The notes under the pieces were generated by a model. The model was not told where the DNA came from, did no database searches, and was given only the letters and a program-made list of their open reading frames with translations. DNA of 64,000 nucleotides from the human T2T-CHM13v2.0 reference genome, Homo sapiens. The DNA is taken from assembly GCF_009914755.1 (NCBI RefSeq), contig NC_060934.1; one strand, 5' to 3'. The translations under genes were made by a program, and so were the position numbers. Below, piece by piece: positions 37,001 through 52,000 of this stretch; position 1 is the stretch's first letter; every line of letters starts with the position of its first letter.

Positions 37001-40000
37001 ATGTGTGCCTTCAACTCACAGAGTTTAACCTTTCTTTTCATAGAGCAGTTGGGAAACACTCTATTTGTAAAGTCTGCAAGTGGATATTTGGACCTCTTTG
37101 AGGCCTTCGTTGGAAACGGGATTTCTTCATATAACGCTAGACAGAGGAATTCTCAGTAACTTCTTTGTGTTGTGTGTATTCAACTCACAGAGTTGAACCT
37201 TTCTTTAGAGGGAGCAGAGGTGAAACAGTCTTTTTGTGGAATTTGCTAGTGTAGATTTCAAACGCTTCGAAGTCAGTGATAGAAAAGGATATATCTTCGT
37301 ATTAAAAGTAGACAAAATCATTCTCAGAAAACTCTTTGTGATGTGTGTGTTCAACTCACAGAGTTTAACCTTTCTTTAATCGAGCAGTTTGGAAATACAC
37401 TCTTTGTAAGTCTGCAGGTGGATATTTGGCCCTCTTTGAGCCCTTCTTTGGAAACGGGATTTCCTCTTATAATGCTAGACAGAAGAATTCTCAGTAACTT
37501 CTCTGTGTTGTTTGTATTCAACACACAGATTTGAACCTTGCTTTAGAGAGAGCAGATTTGAAACACTCTGTTTTTGGAATTTGCAAGTGCAGATTTCAAG
37601 CACTTCTAGGCCTATGGCAGAAAAGGAAATATCTTCGTATAAAAACTACACAGAATCATTCTCAACAACTACTTTGTGATGTGTGCGTTTAACTCACAGA
37701 GTTTAACCTTTCTTTTCATAGAGCAGTTTGGAAACACTCTGTTTGTAAAGCCTGCAAGTGCTTTTTTGGACTTCATTGAGGCCTTCGTTGGAAACGGGAT
37801 TTCTTCATATAATGCTAGACAGAAGAATTCTCAGTCACTTCTTTGTGTTGTGTGTATTCAAGTCACAGAGTTGAACCTTCCTTTAGACAGAGCAGTTTTG
37901 AAAAATTCTTTCTGTGGAGTTTGCAAGTGGAGATTTCCAGCGATTTGAGGCTAATCTTTGAAATGGAAATATCTTCGTGTAAAAACTACACAGAATCATT
38001 CTCAGAAACTGCTTTGTCATCTGTGCGTTCAGTTCACAGAGTTTCACCTTTCTCTTCATAGAGCAGTTTGGAAAGACACTGTCTGTAAAGTCTGCAAGTG
38101 ATTAGTTAGACCCCTTTGAGGCCTTCGTTGGAAGCGGGATTTCTCATTTACTGCTAGACAGAAGAATTCTCAGTAAATCCTTTGTGTTGTGTGTATTCAA
38201 CTCACAGAGTGGAACCTTCCTTTATTCAGAGCAGTTTTGAAAAACACTTTTTGTGGAATTTGCAAGTGGAGATTTCAAGCGATTTGACGCCAATCTTAGA
38301 CATGGAAATATCTTCATATTAAAAGTACACAGAGTCATTCGTAGAAACTAGTTTGTGATGTGTGCCTTCAACTCACAGAGTTTAACCTTTCTTTACATAG
38401 AGCAGTTTGGAAACACTCTATTTGTAAAGTCTGCAAGTGGATATTTGGACCTCTTTGAAGCCTTCGTTGGAAACGGGATTTCTTCATACAACGCTAGACA
38501 GAAGAATTCTCAGTAACTTCTTTGTGTTGTGTGTATTCAACTCACAGAGTTGAACCTTTCTTTAGAGAGAGCAGAGTTGAAACACTCTGTATTTGGAATT
38601 TGCAACTGCAGATTTCAAGCGATTCTAGGCCTATGGCAGAAAAGGAAATATCTTCGTATAAAAACTACACAGAATCATTCTCAACAACTACTTTGTGATG
38701 TGTGCGTTCAACTCACAGAGTTTAACCTTTCTTTTCATAGAGCAGTTTGGAAACACTCTGTTTGTAAAGCCTGCAAGTGCTTTTTTGGACTTCATTGAGG
38801 CCTTCGTTGGAAACGGGATTTCTTCATATAATGCTAGACAGAAGAATTCTCAGTCACTTCTTTGTGTTGTGTGTATTCAAGTCACAGAGTTGAACCTTCC
38901 TTTAGACAGAGCAGTTTTGAAAAATTCTTTCTGTGGAGTTTGCAAGTGGAGATTTCAAGCGATTTGAGGCTAATCTTTGAAATGGAAATATCTTCGTGTA
39001 AAAACTACACAGAATCATTCTCAGAAACTGCTTTGTCATCTGTGCGTTCAGTTCACAGAGTTTCACCTTTCTCTTCATAGAGCAGTTTGGAAAGACTCTG
39101 TCTGTAAAGTCTGCAAGTGATTAGTTAGACCCCTTTGAGGCCTTCGTTGGAAGCGGGATTTCTCATTTACTGCTAGACAGAAGAATTCTCAGTAAATCCT
39201 TTGTGTTGTGTGTATTCAACTCACAGAGTGGAACCTTCCTTTATTCAGAGCAGTTTTGAAAAACACTTTTTGTGGAATTTGCAAGTGGAGATTTCAAGCG
39301 ATTTGACGCCAATCTTAGACATGGAAATATCTTCATATTAAAAGTACACAGAGTCATTCGTAAAAACTAGTTTGTGATGTGTGCCTTCAACTCACAGAGT
39401 TTAACCTTTCTTTTCATAGAGCAGTTTGGAAACACTCTATTTGTAAAGTCTGCAAGTGGATATTTGGACCTCTTTGAGGCCTTCGTTGGAAACAGGATTT
39501 CTTCATACAACGCTAGACAGAAGAATTCTCAGTAACTTATTTGTGTTGTGTGTATTCAACTCACAGAGTTGAACCTTTCTTTAGAGAGAGCAGAGTTGAA
39601 ACACTCTGTTTTTGGAATTTGCAAGTGCAGATTTCAAGCGATTCTAGGCCTATGGCAGAAAAGGAAATATCTTCGTATAAAAACTACACAGAATCATTCT
39701 CAACAACTACTTTGTGATGTGTGCGTTCAACTCACAGAGTTTAACCTTTCTTTTCATAGAGCAGTTTGGAAACACTCTGTTTGTAAAGCCTGCAAGTGCT
39801 TTTTTGGACTTCATTGAGGCCTTCGTTGGAAACGGGATTTCTTCATATAATGCTAGACAGAAGAATTCTCAGTCACTTCTTTGTGTTGTGTGTATTCAAG
39901 TCACAGAGATGAACCTTCCTTTAGACAGAGCAGTTTTGAAAAATTCTTTCTGTGTAATTTGCAAGTGGAGATTTCAAGCGATTTGAGGCTAATCTTTGAA

Positions 40001-40973
40001 ATGGAAATATCTTCGTGTAAAAACTACACAGAATCATTCTCAGAAACTGCTTTGTCATCTGTGCGTTCAGTTCACAGAGTTTCACCTTTCTCTTCATAGA
40101 GCAGTTTGGAAGGACTCTGTCTGTAAAGTCTGCAAGTGATTAGTTAGACCCCTTTGAGGCCTTCGTTGGAAGCGGGATTTCTCATTTACTGCTAGACAGA
40201 AGAATTCTCAGTAAATCCTTTGTGTTGTGTGTATTCAACTCACAGAGTGGAACCTTCCTTTATTCAGAGCAGTTTTGAAAAACACTTTTTGTGGAATTTG
40301 CAAGTGGAGATTTCAAGCGATTTGACGCCAATCTTAGACATGGAAATATCTTCATATTAAAAGTACACAGAGTCATTCGTAGAAACTAGTTTGTGATGTG
40401 TGCCTTCAACTCACAGAGTTTAACCTTTCTTTTCATAGAGCAGTGTGGAAACACTCTATTTGTAAAGTCTGCAAGTGGATATTTGGACCTCTTTGAGGCC
40501 TTCGTTGGAAACGGGATTTCTTCATACAACGCTAGACAGAAGAATTCTCAGTAACTTCTTTGTGTTGTGTGTATTCAACTCACAGAGTTGAACCTTTCTT
40601 TAGAGAGAGCAGAGTTGAAACACTCTGTTTTTGGAATTTGCAACTGCAGATTTCAAGCGATTCTAGGCCTATGGCAGAAAAGGAAATATCTTCGTATAAA
40701 AACTACACAGAATCATTCTCAACAACTACTTTGTGATGTGTGCGTTCAACTCACAGAGTTTAACCTTTCTTTTCGTAGAGCAGTTTGGAAACACTCTGTT
40801 TGTAAAGCCTGCAAGTGCTTTTTTGGACTTCATTGAGGCCTTCGTTGGAAACGGGATTTCTTCATATAATGCTAGACAGAAGAATTCTCAGTCACTTCTT
40901 TGTGTTGTGTGTATTCAAGTCACAGAGTTGAACCTTCCTTTAGACAGAGCAGTTTTGAAAAATTCTTTCTGTG
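31948..40973 (+). repeat. Tandem duplication, period 4414 bp (26 monomers)
   Basis: ORF offset of 4414 (32929/37343, 34115/38529, 36153/40567). Private SNVs cattcatag, gacactgtc, tttacatag, ctgtattt, acttattt and ggaaggact are each seen exactly twice. Confidence 0.93.
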
Positions 40974-43900
40974 GAGTTTGCAAGTGGAGATTTCAAGCGA
41001 TTTGAGGCTAATCTTTGAAATGGAAATATCTTCGTGTAAAAACTACACAGAATCATTCTCAGAAACTGCTTTGTCATCTGTGCGTTCAGTTCACAGAGTT
41101 TCACCTTTCTCTTCATAGAGCAGTTTGGAAAGACTCTGTCTGTAAAGTCTGCAAGTGATTAGTTAGACCCCTTTGAGGCCTTCGTTGGAAGCGGGATTTC
41201 TCATTTACTGCTAGACAGAAGAATTCTCAGTAAATCCTTTGTGTTGTGTGTATTCAACTCACAGAGTGGTACCTTCCTTTATTCAGAGCAGATTTGAAAA
41301 ACACTTTTTGTGGAATTTGCAAGTGGAGATTTCAAGCGATTTGACGCCAATCTTAGACATGGAAATATCTTCATATTAAAAGTACACAGAGTCATTCGTA
41401 GAAACTAGTTTGTGATGTGTGCCTTCAACTCACAGAGTTTAACCTTTCTTTTCATAGAGCAGTTTGGAAACACTCTATTTGTAAAGTCTGCAAGTGGATA
41501 TTTGGACCTCTTTGAGGCCTTCGTTGGAAACGGGATTTCTTCATACAACGCTAGACAGAAGAATTCTCAGTAACTTCTTTGTGTTGTGTGTATTCAACTC
41601 ACAGAGTTGAACCTTTCTTTAGAGGGAGCAGAGGTGAAAGACTCTTTTTGTGGAATTTGCTAGTGTAGATTTCAAACGCTTCGAAGACAGTGATAGAAAA
41701 TGATATATCTTCGTATTAAAAGTAGACAAAATCATTCTCAGAAAACTCTTTGTGATGTGTGTGTTCAACTCACAGAGTTTAACCTTTCTTTAATCGAGCA
41801 GTTTGGAAATACACTCTTTGTAAGTCTGCAGGTGGATATTTGGCCCTCTTTGAGCCCTTCGTTGGAAACGGGATTTCCTCATATAATGCTAGACAGAAGA
41901 ATTCTCAGTAACTTCTTTGTGTTGTTTGTATTCAACACACAGATTTGAACCTTCCTTTAGAGAGAGCAGATTTGAAACACTCTGTTTTTGGAATTTGCAA
42001 GTGCAGATTTCAAGCGCTTCTAGGCCTATGGCAGAAAAGGAAATATCTTCGTATAAAAACTACACAGACTCATTCTCAACAACTACTTTGTGATGTGTGC
42101 GTTCAACTCACAGAGGTTAACCTTTCTTTTCATAGAGCAGTTTGGAAACACTCTGTTTGTAAAGCCTGCAAGTGCTTTTTTGGACTTCATTGAGGCCTTC
42201 GTTGGAAACGGGATTTCTTCATACAACGCTAGACAGAAGAATTCTCAGTAACTTCTTTGTGTTGTGTGTATTCAACTCACAGAGTTGAACCTTTCTTTAG
42301 AGAGAACAGAGTTGAAACACTCTGTTTTTGGAATTTGCAAGTGCAGATTTCAAGCGATTCTAGGCCTATGGCAGAAAAGGAAATATCTTCGTATAAAAAC
42401 TACACAGAATCATTCTCAACAACTACTTTGTGATGTGTGCGTTCAACTCACAGAGTTTAACCTTTCTTTTCATAGAGCAGTTTGGAAACACTCTGTTTGT
42501 AAAGCCTGCAAGTGCTTTTTTGGACTTCATTGAGGCCTTCGTTGGAAACGGGATTTCTTCATATAATGCTAGACAGAAGAATTCTCAGTCACTTCTTTGT
42601 GTTGTGTGTATTCAAGTCACAGAGTTGAACCTTCCTTTAGACAGAGCAGTTTTGAAAAATTCTTTCTGTGGAGTTTGCAAGTGGAGATTTCAAGCGATTT
42701 GAGGCTAATCTTTGAAATGGAAATATCTTCGTGTAAAAACTACACAGAATCATTCTCAGAAACTGCTTTGTCATCTGTGCGTTCAGTTCACAGAGTTTCA
42801 CCTTTCTCTTCATAGAGCAGTTTGGAAAGACTCTGTCTGTAAAGTCTGCAAGTGATTAGTTAGACCCCTTTGAGGCCTTCGTTGGAAGCGGGATTTCTCA
42901 TTTACTGCTAGACAGAAGAATTCTCAGTAAATCCTTTGTGTTGTGTGTATTCAACTCACAGAGTGGAACCTTCCTTTATTCAGAGCAGTTTTGAAAAACA
43001 CTTTTTGTGGAATTTGCAAGTGGAGATTTCAAGCGATTTGACGCCAATCTTAGACATGGAAATATCTTCATATTAAAAGTACACAGAGTCATTCGTAGAA
43101 ACTAGTTTGTGATGTGTGCCTTCAACTCACAGAGTTTAACCTTTCTTTTCATAGAGCAGTTTGGAAACACTCTATTTGTAAAGTCTGCAAGTGGATATTT
43201 GGACCTCTTTGAGGCCTTCGTTGGAAACGGGATTTCTTCATACAACGCTAGACAGAAGAATTCTCAGTAACTTCTTTGTGTTGTGTGTATTCAACTCACA
43301 GAGTTGAACCTTTCTTTAGAGAGAGCAGAGTTGAAACACTCTGTTTTTGGAATTTGCAAGTGCAGATTTCAAGCGATTCTAGGCCTATGGCAGAAAAGGA
43401 AATATCTTCGTATAAAAACTACACAGAATCATTCTCAACAACTACTTTGTGATGTGTGCGTTCAACTCACAGAGTTTAAACTTTCTTTTCATAGAGCAGT
43501 TTGGAAACACTCTGTTTGTAAAGCCTGCAAGTGCTTTTTTGGACTTCATTGAGGCCTTCGTTGGAAACGGGATTTCTTCATATAATGCTAGACAGAAGAA
43601 TTCTCAGTCACTTCTTTGTGTTGTGTGTATTCAAGTCACAGAGTTGAACCTTCCTTTAGACAGAGCAGTTTTGAAAAATTCTTTCTGTGTAATTTGCAAG
43701 TGGAGATTTCAAGCGATTTGAGGCTAATCTTTGAAATGGAAATATCTTCGTGTAAAAACTACACAGAATCATTCTCAGAAACTGCTTTGTCATCTGTGCG
43801 TTCAGTTCACAGAGTTTCACCTTTCTCTTCATAGAGCAGTTTGGAAAGACTCTGTCTGTAAAGTCTGCAAGTGATTAGTTAGACCCCTTTGAGGCCTTCG

Positions 43901-46900
43901 TTGGAAGTGGGATTTCTCATTTACTGCTAGACAGAAGAATTCTCAGTAAATCCTTTGTGTTGTGTGTATTCAACTCACAGAGTGGAACCTTCCTTTATTC
44001 AGAGCAGTTTTGAAACACTCTTTTTGTGGAATTTGCAAGTGGAGATTTCAAGCGATTTGACGCCAATCTTAGACATGGAAATATCTTCATATTAAAAGTA
44101 CACAGAGTCATTCGTAGAAACTAGTTTCTGATGTGTGCCTTCAACTCACAGAGTTTAACCTTTCTTTTCATAGAGCAGTTGGGAAACACTCTATTTGTAA
44201 AGTCTGCAAGTGGATATTTGGACCTCTTTGAGGCCTTCGTTGGAAACGGGATTTCTTCATATAACGCTAGACAGAAGAATTCTCAGTAACTTCTTTGTGT
44301 TGTGTGTATTCAACTCACAGAGTTGAACCTTTCTTTAGAGGGAGCAGAGGTGAAACACTCTTTTTGTGGAATTTGCTAGTGTAGATTTCAAACGCTTCGA
44401 AGACAGTGATAGAAAAGGATATATCTTCGTATTAAAAGTAGACAAAATCATTCTCAGAAAACTCTTTGTGATGTGTGTGTTCAACTCACAGAGTTTAACC
44501 TTTCTTTAATCGAGCAGTTTGGAAATACACTCTTTGTAAGTCTGCAGGTGGATATTTGGCCCTCTTTGAGCCCTTCGTTGGAAACGGGATTTCCTCATAT
44601 AATGCTAGACAGAAGAATTCTCAGTAACTTCTTTGTGTTGTTTGTATTCAACACACAGATTTGAACCTTCCTTTAGAGAGAGCAGATTTGAAACACTCTG
44701 TTTTTGGAATTTGCAAGTGCAGATTTCAAGCGCTTCTAGGCCTATGGCAGAAAAGGAAATATCTTCGTATAAAAACTACACAGAATCATTCTCAACAACT
44801 ACTTTGTGATGTGTGCGTTCAACTCACAGAGGTTAACCTTTCTTTTCATAGAGCAGTTTGGAAACACTCTGTTTGTAAAGCCTGCAAGTGCTTTTTTGGA
44901 CTTCATTGAGGCCTTCGTTGGAAACGGGATTTCTTCATACAACGCTAGACAGAAGAATTCTCAGTAACTTCTTTGTGTTGTGTGTATTCAACTCACAGAG
45001 TTGAACCTTTCTTTAGAGAGAACAGAGTTGAAACACTCTGTTTTTGGAATTTGCAAGTGCAGATTTCAAGCGATTCTAGGCCTATGGCAGAAAAGGAAAT
45101 ATCTTCGTATAAAAACTACACAGAATCATTCTCAACAACTACTTTGTGATGTGTGCGTTCAACTCACAGAGTTTAACCTTTCTTTTCATAGAGCAGTTTG
45201 GAAACACTCTGTTTGTAAAGCCTGCAAGTGCTTTTTTGGACTTCATTGAGGCCTTCGTTGGAAACGGGATTTCTTCATATAATGCTAGACAGAAGAATTC
45301 TCAGTCACTTCTTTGTGTTGTGTGTATTCAAGTCACAGAGTTGAACCTTCCTTTAGACAGAGCAGTTTTGAAAAATTCTTTCTGTGTAATTTGCAAGTGG
45401 AGATTTCAAGCGATTTGAGGCTAATCTTTGAAATGGAAATATCTTCGTGTAAAAACTACACAGAATCATTCTCAGAAACTGCTTTGTCATCTGTGCGTTC
45501 AGTTCACAGAGTTTCACCTTTCTCTTCATAGAGCAGTTTGGAAAGACTCTGTCTGTAAAGTCTGCAAGTGATTAGTTAGACCCCTTTGAGGCCTTCGTTG
45601 GAAGCGGGATTTCTCATTTACTGCTAGACAGAAGAATTCTCAGTAAATCCTTTGTGTTGTGTGTATTCAACTCACAGAGTGGAACCTTCCTTTATTCAGA
45701 GCAGTTTTGAAACACTCTTTTTGTGGAATTTGCAAGTGGAGATTTCAAGCGATTTGACGCCAATCTTAGACATGGAAATATCTTCATATTAAAAGTACAC
45801 GGAGTCATTCGTAGAAACTAGTTTGTGATGTGTGCCTTCAACTCACAGAGTTTAACCTTTCTTTTAATAGAGCAATTGGGAAACACTCTATTTGTAAAGT
45901 CTGCAAGTGGATATTTGGACCTCTTTGAGGCCTTCGTTGGAAACGGGATTTCTTCATATAACGCTAGACAGAAGAATTCTCAGTAACTTCTTTGTGTTGT
46001 GTGTATTCAACTCACAGAGTTGAACCTTTCTTTAGAGGGAGCAGAGGTGAAACAGTCTTTTTGTGGAATTTGCTAGTGTAGATTTCAAACGCTTCGAAGT
46101 CAGTGATAGAAAAGGATATATCTTCGTATTAAAAGTAGACAAAATCATTCTCAGAAAACTCTTTGTGATGTGTGTGTTCAACTCACAGAGTTTAACCTTT
46201 CTTTAATCGAGCAGTTTGGAAATACACTCTTTGTAAGTCTGCAGGTGGATATTTGGCCCTCTTTGAGCCCTTCTTTGGAAACGGGATTTCCTCTTATAAT
46301 GCTAGACAGAAGAATTCTCAGTAACTTCTCTGTGTTGTTTGTATTCAACACACAGATTTGAACCTTCCTTTAGAGAGAGCAGATTAGAAACACTCTGTTT
46401 TTGGAATTTGCAAGTGCAGATTTCAAGCGCTTCTAGGCCTATGGCAGAAAAGGAAATATCTTCGTATAAAAACTACACAGAATCATTCTCAACAACTACT
46501 TTGTGATGTGTGCGTTCAACTCACAGAGTTTAACCTTTCTTTTCATAGAGCAGTTTGGAAACACTCTGTTTGTAAAGCCTGCAAGTGCTTTTTTGGACTT
46601 CATTGAGGCCTTCGTTGGAAACGGGATTTCTTCATACAACGCTAGACAGAAGAATTCTCAGTAACTTCTTTGTGTTGTGTGTATTCAACTCACAGAGTTG
46701 AACCTTTCTTTAGAGAGAGCAGAGTTGAAACACTCTGTTTTTGGAATTTGCAAGTGCAGATTTCAAGCGATTCTAGGCGTATGGCAGAAAAGGAAATATC
46801 TTCGTATAAAAACTGCACAGAATCATTCTCAACAACTACTTTGTGATGTGTGCGTTCAACTCACAGAGTTTAACCTTTCTTTTCATAGAGCAGTTTGGAA

Positions 46901-49027
46901 ACACTCTGTTTGTAAAGCCTGCAAGTGCTTTTTTGGACTTCATTGAGGCCTTCGTTGGAAACGGGATTTCTTCATATAATGCTAGACAGAAGAATTCTCA
47001 GTCACTTCTTTGTGTTGTGTGTATTCAAGTCACAGAGTTGAACCTTCCTTTAGACAGAGCAGTTTTGAAAAATTCTTTCTCTGTAATTTGCAAGTGGAGA
47101 TTTCAAGCGATTTGAGGCTAATCTTTGAAATGGAAATATCTTCGTGTAAAAACTACACAGAATCATTCTCAGAAACTGCTTTGTCATCTGTGCGTTCAGT
47201 TCACAGAGTTTCACCTTTCTCTTCATAGAGCAGTTTGGAAAGACTCTGTCTGTAAAGTCTGCAAGTGATTAGTTAGACCCCTTTGAGGCCTTCGTTGGAA
47301 GCGGGATTTCTCATTTACTGCTAGACAGAAGAATTGTCAGTAAATCCTTTGTGTTGTGTGTATTCAACTCACAGAGTGGAACCTTCCTTTATTCAGAGCA
47401 GTTTTGAAAAACACTTTTTGTGGAATTTGCAAGTGGAGATTTCAAGGGATTTGACGTCAATCTTAGACATGGAAATATCTTCATATTAAAAGTACACAGA
47501 GTCATTCGTAGAAACTAGTTTGTGATGTGTGCCTTCAACTCACAGAGTTTAACCTTTCTTTTCATAGAGCAGTTGGGAAACACTCTATTTGTAAAGTCTG
47601 CAAGTGGATATTTGGACCTCTTTGAGGCCTTCGTTGGAAACGGGATTTCTTCATATAACGCTAGACAGAAGAATTCTCAGTAACTTCTTTGTGTTGTGTG
47701 TATTCAACTCACAGAGTTGAACCTTTCTTTAGAGGGAGCAGAGGTGAAACACTCTTTTTGTGGAATTTGCTAGTGTAGATTTCAAACGCTTCGAAGACAG
47801 TGATAGAAAAGGATATATCTTCGTATTAAAAGTAGACAAAATCATTCTCAGAAAACTCTTTGTGATGTGTGTGTTCAACTCACAGAGTTTAACCTTTCTT
47901 TAATCGAGCAGTTTGGAAATACACTCTTTGTAAGTCTGCAGGTGGATATTTGGCCCTCTTTGAGCCCTTCGTTGGAAACGGGATTTCCTCATATAATGCT
48001 AGACAGAAGAATTCTCAGTAACTTCTTTGTGTTGTTTGTATTCAACACACAGATTTGAACCTTCCTTTAGACAGAGCAGATTTGAAACACTCTGTTTTTG
48101 GAATTTGCAAGTGCAGATTTCAAGCGCTTCTAGGCCTATGGCAGAAAAGGAAATATCTTCGTATAAAAACTACACAGAATCATTCTCAACAACTACTTTG
48201 TGATGTGTGCGTTCAACTCACAGAGGTTAACCTTTCTTTTCATAGAGCAGTTTGGAAACACTCTGTTTGTAAAGCCTGCAAGTGCTTTTTTGGACTTCAT
48301 TGAGGCCTTCGTTGGAAACGGGATTTCTTCATATAATGCTAGACAGAAGAATTCTCAGTCACTTCTTTGTGTTGTGTGTATTCAAGTCACAGAGTTGAAC
48401 CTTCCTTTAGACAGAGCAGTTTTGAAAAATTCTTTCTGTGGAGTTTGCAAGTGGAGATTTCAAGCGATTTGAGGCTAATCTTTGAAATGGAAATATCTTC
48501 GTGTAAAAACTACACAGAATCATTCTCAGAAACTGCTTTGTCATCTGTGCGTTCAGTTCACAGAGTTTCACCTTTCTCTTCATAGAGCAGTTTGGAAAGA
48601 CTCTGTCTGTAAAGTCTGCAAGTGATTAGTTAGAACCCATTGAGGCCTTCGTTGGAAGCGGGATTTCTCATTTACTGCTAGACAGAAGAATTCTCAGTAA
48701 ATCCTTTGTGTTGTGTGTATTCAACTCACAGAGTGGAACCTTCCTTTATTCAGAGCAGTTTTGAAACACTCTTTTTGTGGAATTTGCAAGTGGAGATTTC
48801 AAGCGATTTGACGCCAATCTTAGACATGGAAATATCTTCATATTAAAAGAACACAGAGTCATTCGTAGAAACTAGTTTGTGATGTGTGCCTTCAACTCAC
48901 AGAGTTTAACCTTTCTTTTCATAGACCAGTTGGGAAACACTCTATTTGTAAAGTCTGCAAGTGGATATTTGGACCTCTTTGAGGCCTTCGTAGGAAACGG
49001 GATTTCTTCATATAACGCTAGACAGAA

Positions 49028-52000
49028 GAATTCTCAGTAACTTCTTTGTGTTGTGTGTATTCAACTCACAGAGTTGAACCTTTCTTTAGAGGGAGCAGAG
49101 GTGAAACACTCTTTTTGTGGAATTTGCTAGTGTAGATTTCAAACGCTTCAAAGACAGTGATAGAAAATGATATATCTTCGTATTAAAAGTAGACAAAATC
49201 ATTCTCAGAAAACTCTTTGTGATGTGTGTGTTCAACTCACAGACTTTAACCTTTCTTTAATCGAGCAGTTTGGAAATACACTCTTTGTAAGTCTGCAGGT
49301 GGATATTTGGCCCTCTTTGAGCCCTTCGTTGGAAACGGGATTTCCTCATATAATGCTAGACAGAAGAATTCTCAGTAACTTCTTTGTGTTGTTTATATTC
49401 AACACACAGATTTGAACCTTCCTTTAGAGAGAGCAGATTTGAAACACTCTGTTTTTGGAATTTGCAAGTGCAGATTTCAAGCGCTTCTAGGCCTATGGCA
49501 GAAAAGGAAATATCTTCGTATAAAAACTACACAGAATCATTCTCAACAACTACTTTGTGATGTGTGCGTTCAACTCACAGAGGTTAACCTTTCTTTTCAT
49601 AGAGCAGTTTGGAAACACTCTGTTTGTAAAGCCTGCAAGTGCTTTTTTGGACTTCATTGAGGCCTTCGTTGGAAACGGGATTTCTTCATACAACGCTAGA
49701 CAGAAGAATTCTCAGTAACTTCTTTGTGTTGTGTGTATTCAACTCACAGAGTTGAACCTTTCTTTAGAGAGAACAGAGTTGAAACACTCTGTTTTTGGAA
49801 TTTGCAAGTGCAGATTTCAAGCGATTCTAGGCCTATGGCAGAAAAGGAAATATCTTCGTATAAAAACTACACAGAATCATTCTCAACAACTACTTTGTGA
49901 TGTGTGCATTCAACGCACAGAGTTTAACCTTTCTTTTCATAGAGCAGTTTGGAAACACTCTGTTTGTAAAGCCTGCAAGTGCTTTTTTGGACTTCATTGA
50001 GGCCTTCGTTGGAAACGGGATTTCTTCATATAATGCTAGACAGAAGAATTCTCAGTCACTTCTTTGTGTTGTGTGTATTCAAGTCACAGAGTTGAACCTT
50101 CCTTTAGACAGAGCAGTTTTGAAAAATTCTTTCTGTGCAGTTTGCAAGTGGAGATTTCAAGCGATTTGAGGCTAATCTTTGAAATGGAAATATCTTCGTG
50201 TAAAAACTACACAGAATCATTCTCAGAAACTGCTTTGTCATCTGTGCGTTCAGTTCACAGAGTTTCACCTTTCTCTTCATAGAGCAGTTTGGAAAGACTC
50301 TGTCTGTAAAGTCTGCAAGTGATTAGTTAGACCCCTTTGAGGCCTTCGTTGGAAGCGGGATTTCTCATTTACTGCTAGACAGAAGAATTCTCAGTAAATC
50401 CTTTGTGTTGTGTGTATTCAACTCACAGAGTGGAACCTTCCTTTATTCAGAGCAGTTTTGAAAAACACTTTTTGTGGAATTTGCAAGTGGAGATTTCAAG
50501 CGATTTGACGCCAATCTTAGACATGGAAATATCTTCATATTAAAAGTACACAGAGTCATTCGTAGAAACTAGTTTGTGATGTGTGCCTTCAACTCACAGA
50601 GTTTAACCTTTCTTTTCATAGAGCAGTTTGGAAACACTCTATTTGTAAAGTCTGCAAGTGGATATTTGGACCTCTTTGAGGCCTTCGTTGGAAACGGGAT
50701 TTCTTCATACAACGCTAGACAGAAGAATTCTCAGTAACTTCTTTGTGTTGTGTGTATTCAACTCACAGAGTTGAACCTTTCTTTAGAGAGAGCAGAGTTG
50801 AAACACTCTGTTTTTGGAATTTGCAAGTGCAGATTTCAAGCGATTCTAGGCCTATGGCAGAAAAGGAAATATCTTCGTATAAAAACTACACAGAATCATT
50901 CTCAACAACTACTTTGTGATGTGTGCGTTCAACTCACAGAGTTTAAACTTTCTTTTCATAGAGCAGTTTGGAAACACTCTGTTTGTAAAGCCTGCAAGTG
51001 CTTTTTTGGACTTCATTGAGGCCTTCGTTGGAAACGGGATTTCTTCATATAATGCTAGACAGAAGAATTCTCAGTCACTCCTTTGTGTTGTGTGTATTCA
51101 AGTCACAGAGTTGAACCTTCCTTTAGACAGAGCAGTTTTGAAAAATTCTTTCTGTGTAATTTGCAAGTGGAGATTTCAAGCGATTTGAGGCTAATCTTTG
51201 AAATGGAAATATCTTCGTGTAAAAACTACACAGAATCATTCTCAGAAACTGCTTTGTCATCTGTGCGTTCAGTTCACAGAGTTTCACCTTTCTCTTCATA
51301 GAGCAGTTTGGAAAGACTCTGTCTGTAAAGTCTGCAAGTGATTAGTTAGACCCCTTTGAGGCCTTCGTTGGAAGCGGGATTTCTCATTTACTGCTAGACA
51401 GAAGAATTCTCAGTAAATCCTTTGTGTTGTGTGTATTCAACTCACAGAGTGGAACCTTCCTTTATTCAGAGCAGTTTTGAAACACTCTTTTTGTGGAATT
51501 TGCAGGTGGAGATTTCAAGCGATTTGACGCCAATCTTAGACATGGAAATATCTTCATATTAAAAGTACACAGAGTCATTCGGAGAAACTAGTTTGTGATG
51601 TGTGCCTTCAACTCACAGAGTTTAACCTTTCTTTTCATAGAGCAGTTGGGAAACACTCTATTTGTAAAGTCTGCAAGTGGATATTTGGACCTCTTTGAGG
51701 CCTTCGTTGGAAACGGGATTTCTTCATATAACGCTAGACAGAAGAATTCTCAGTAACTTCTTTGTGTTGTGTGTATTCAACTCACAGAGTTGAACCTTTC
51801 TTTAGAGGGAGCAGAGGTGAAACACTCTTTTTGTGGAATTTGCTAGTGTAGATTTCAAACGCTTCGAAGACAGTGATAGAAAAGGATATATCTTCGTATT
51901 AAAAGTAGACAAAATCATTCTCAGAAAACTCTTTGTGATGTGTGTGTTCAACTCACAGAGTTTAACCTTTCTTTAATCGAGCAGTTTGGAAATACACTCT

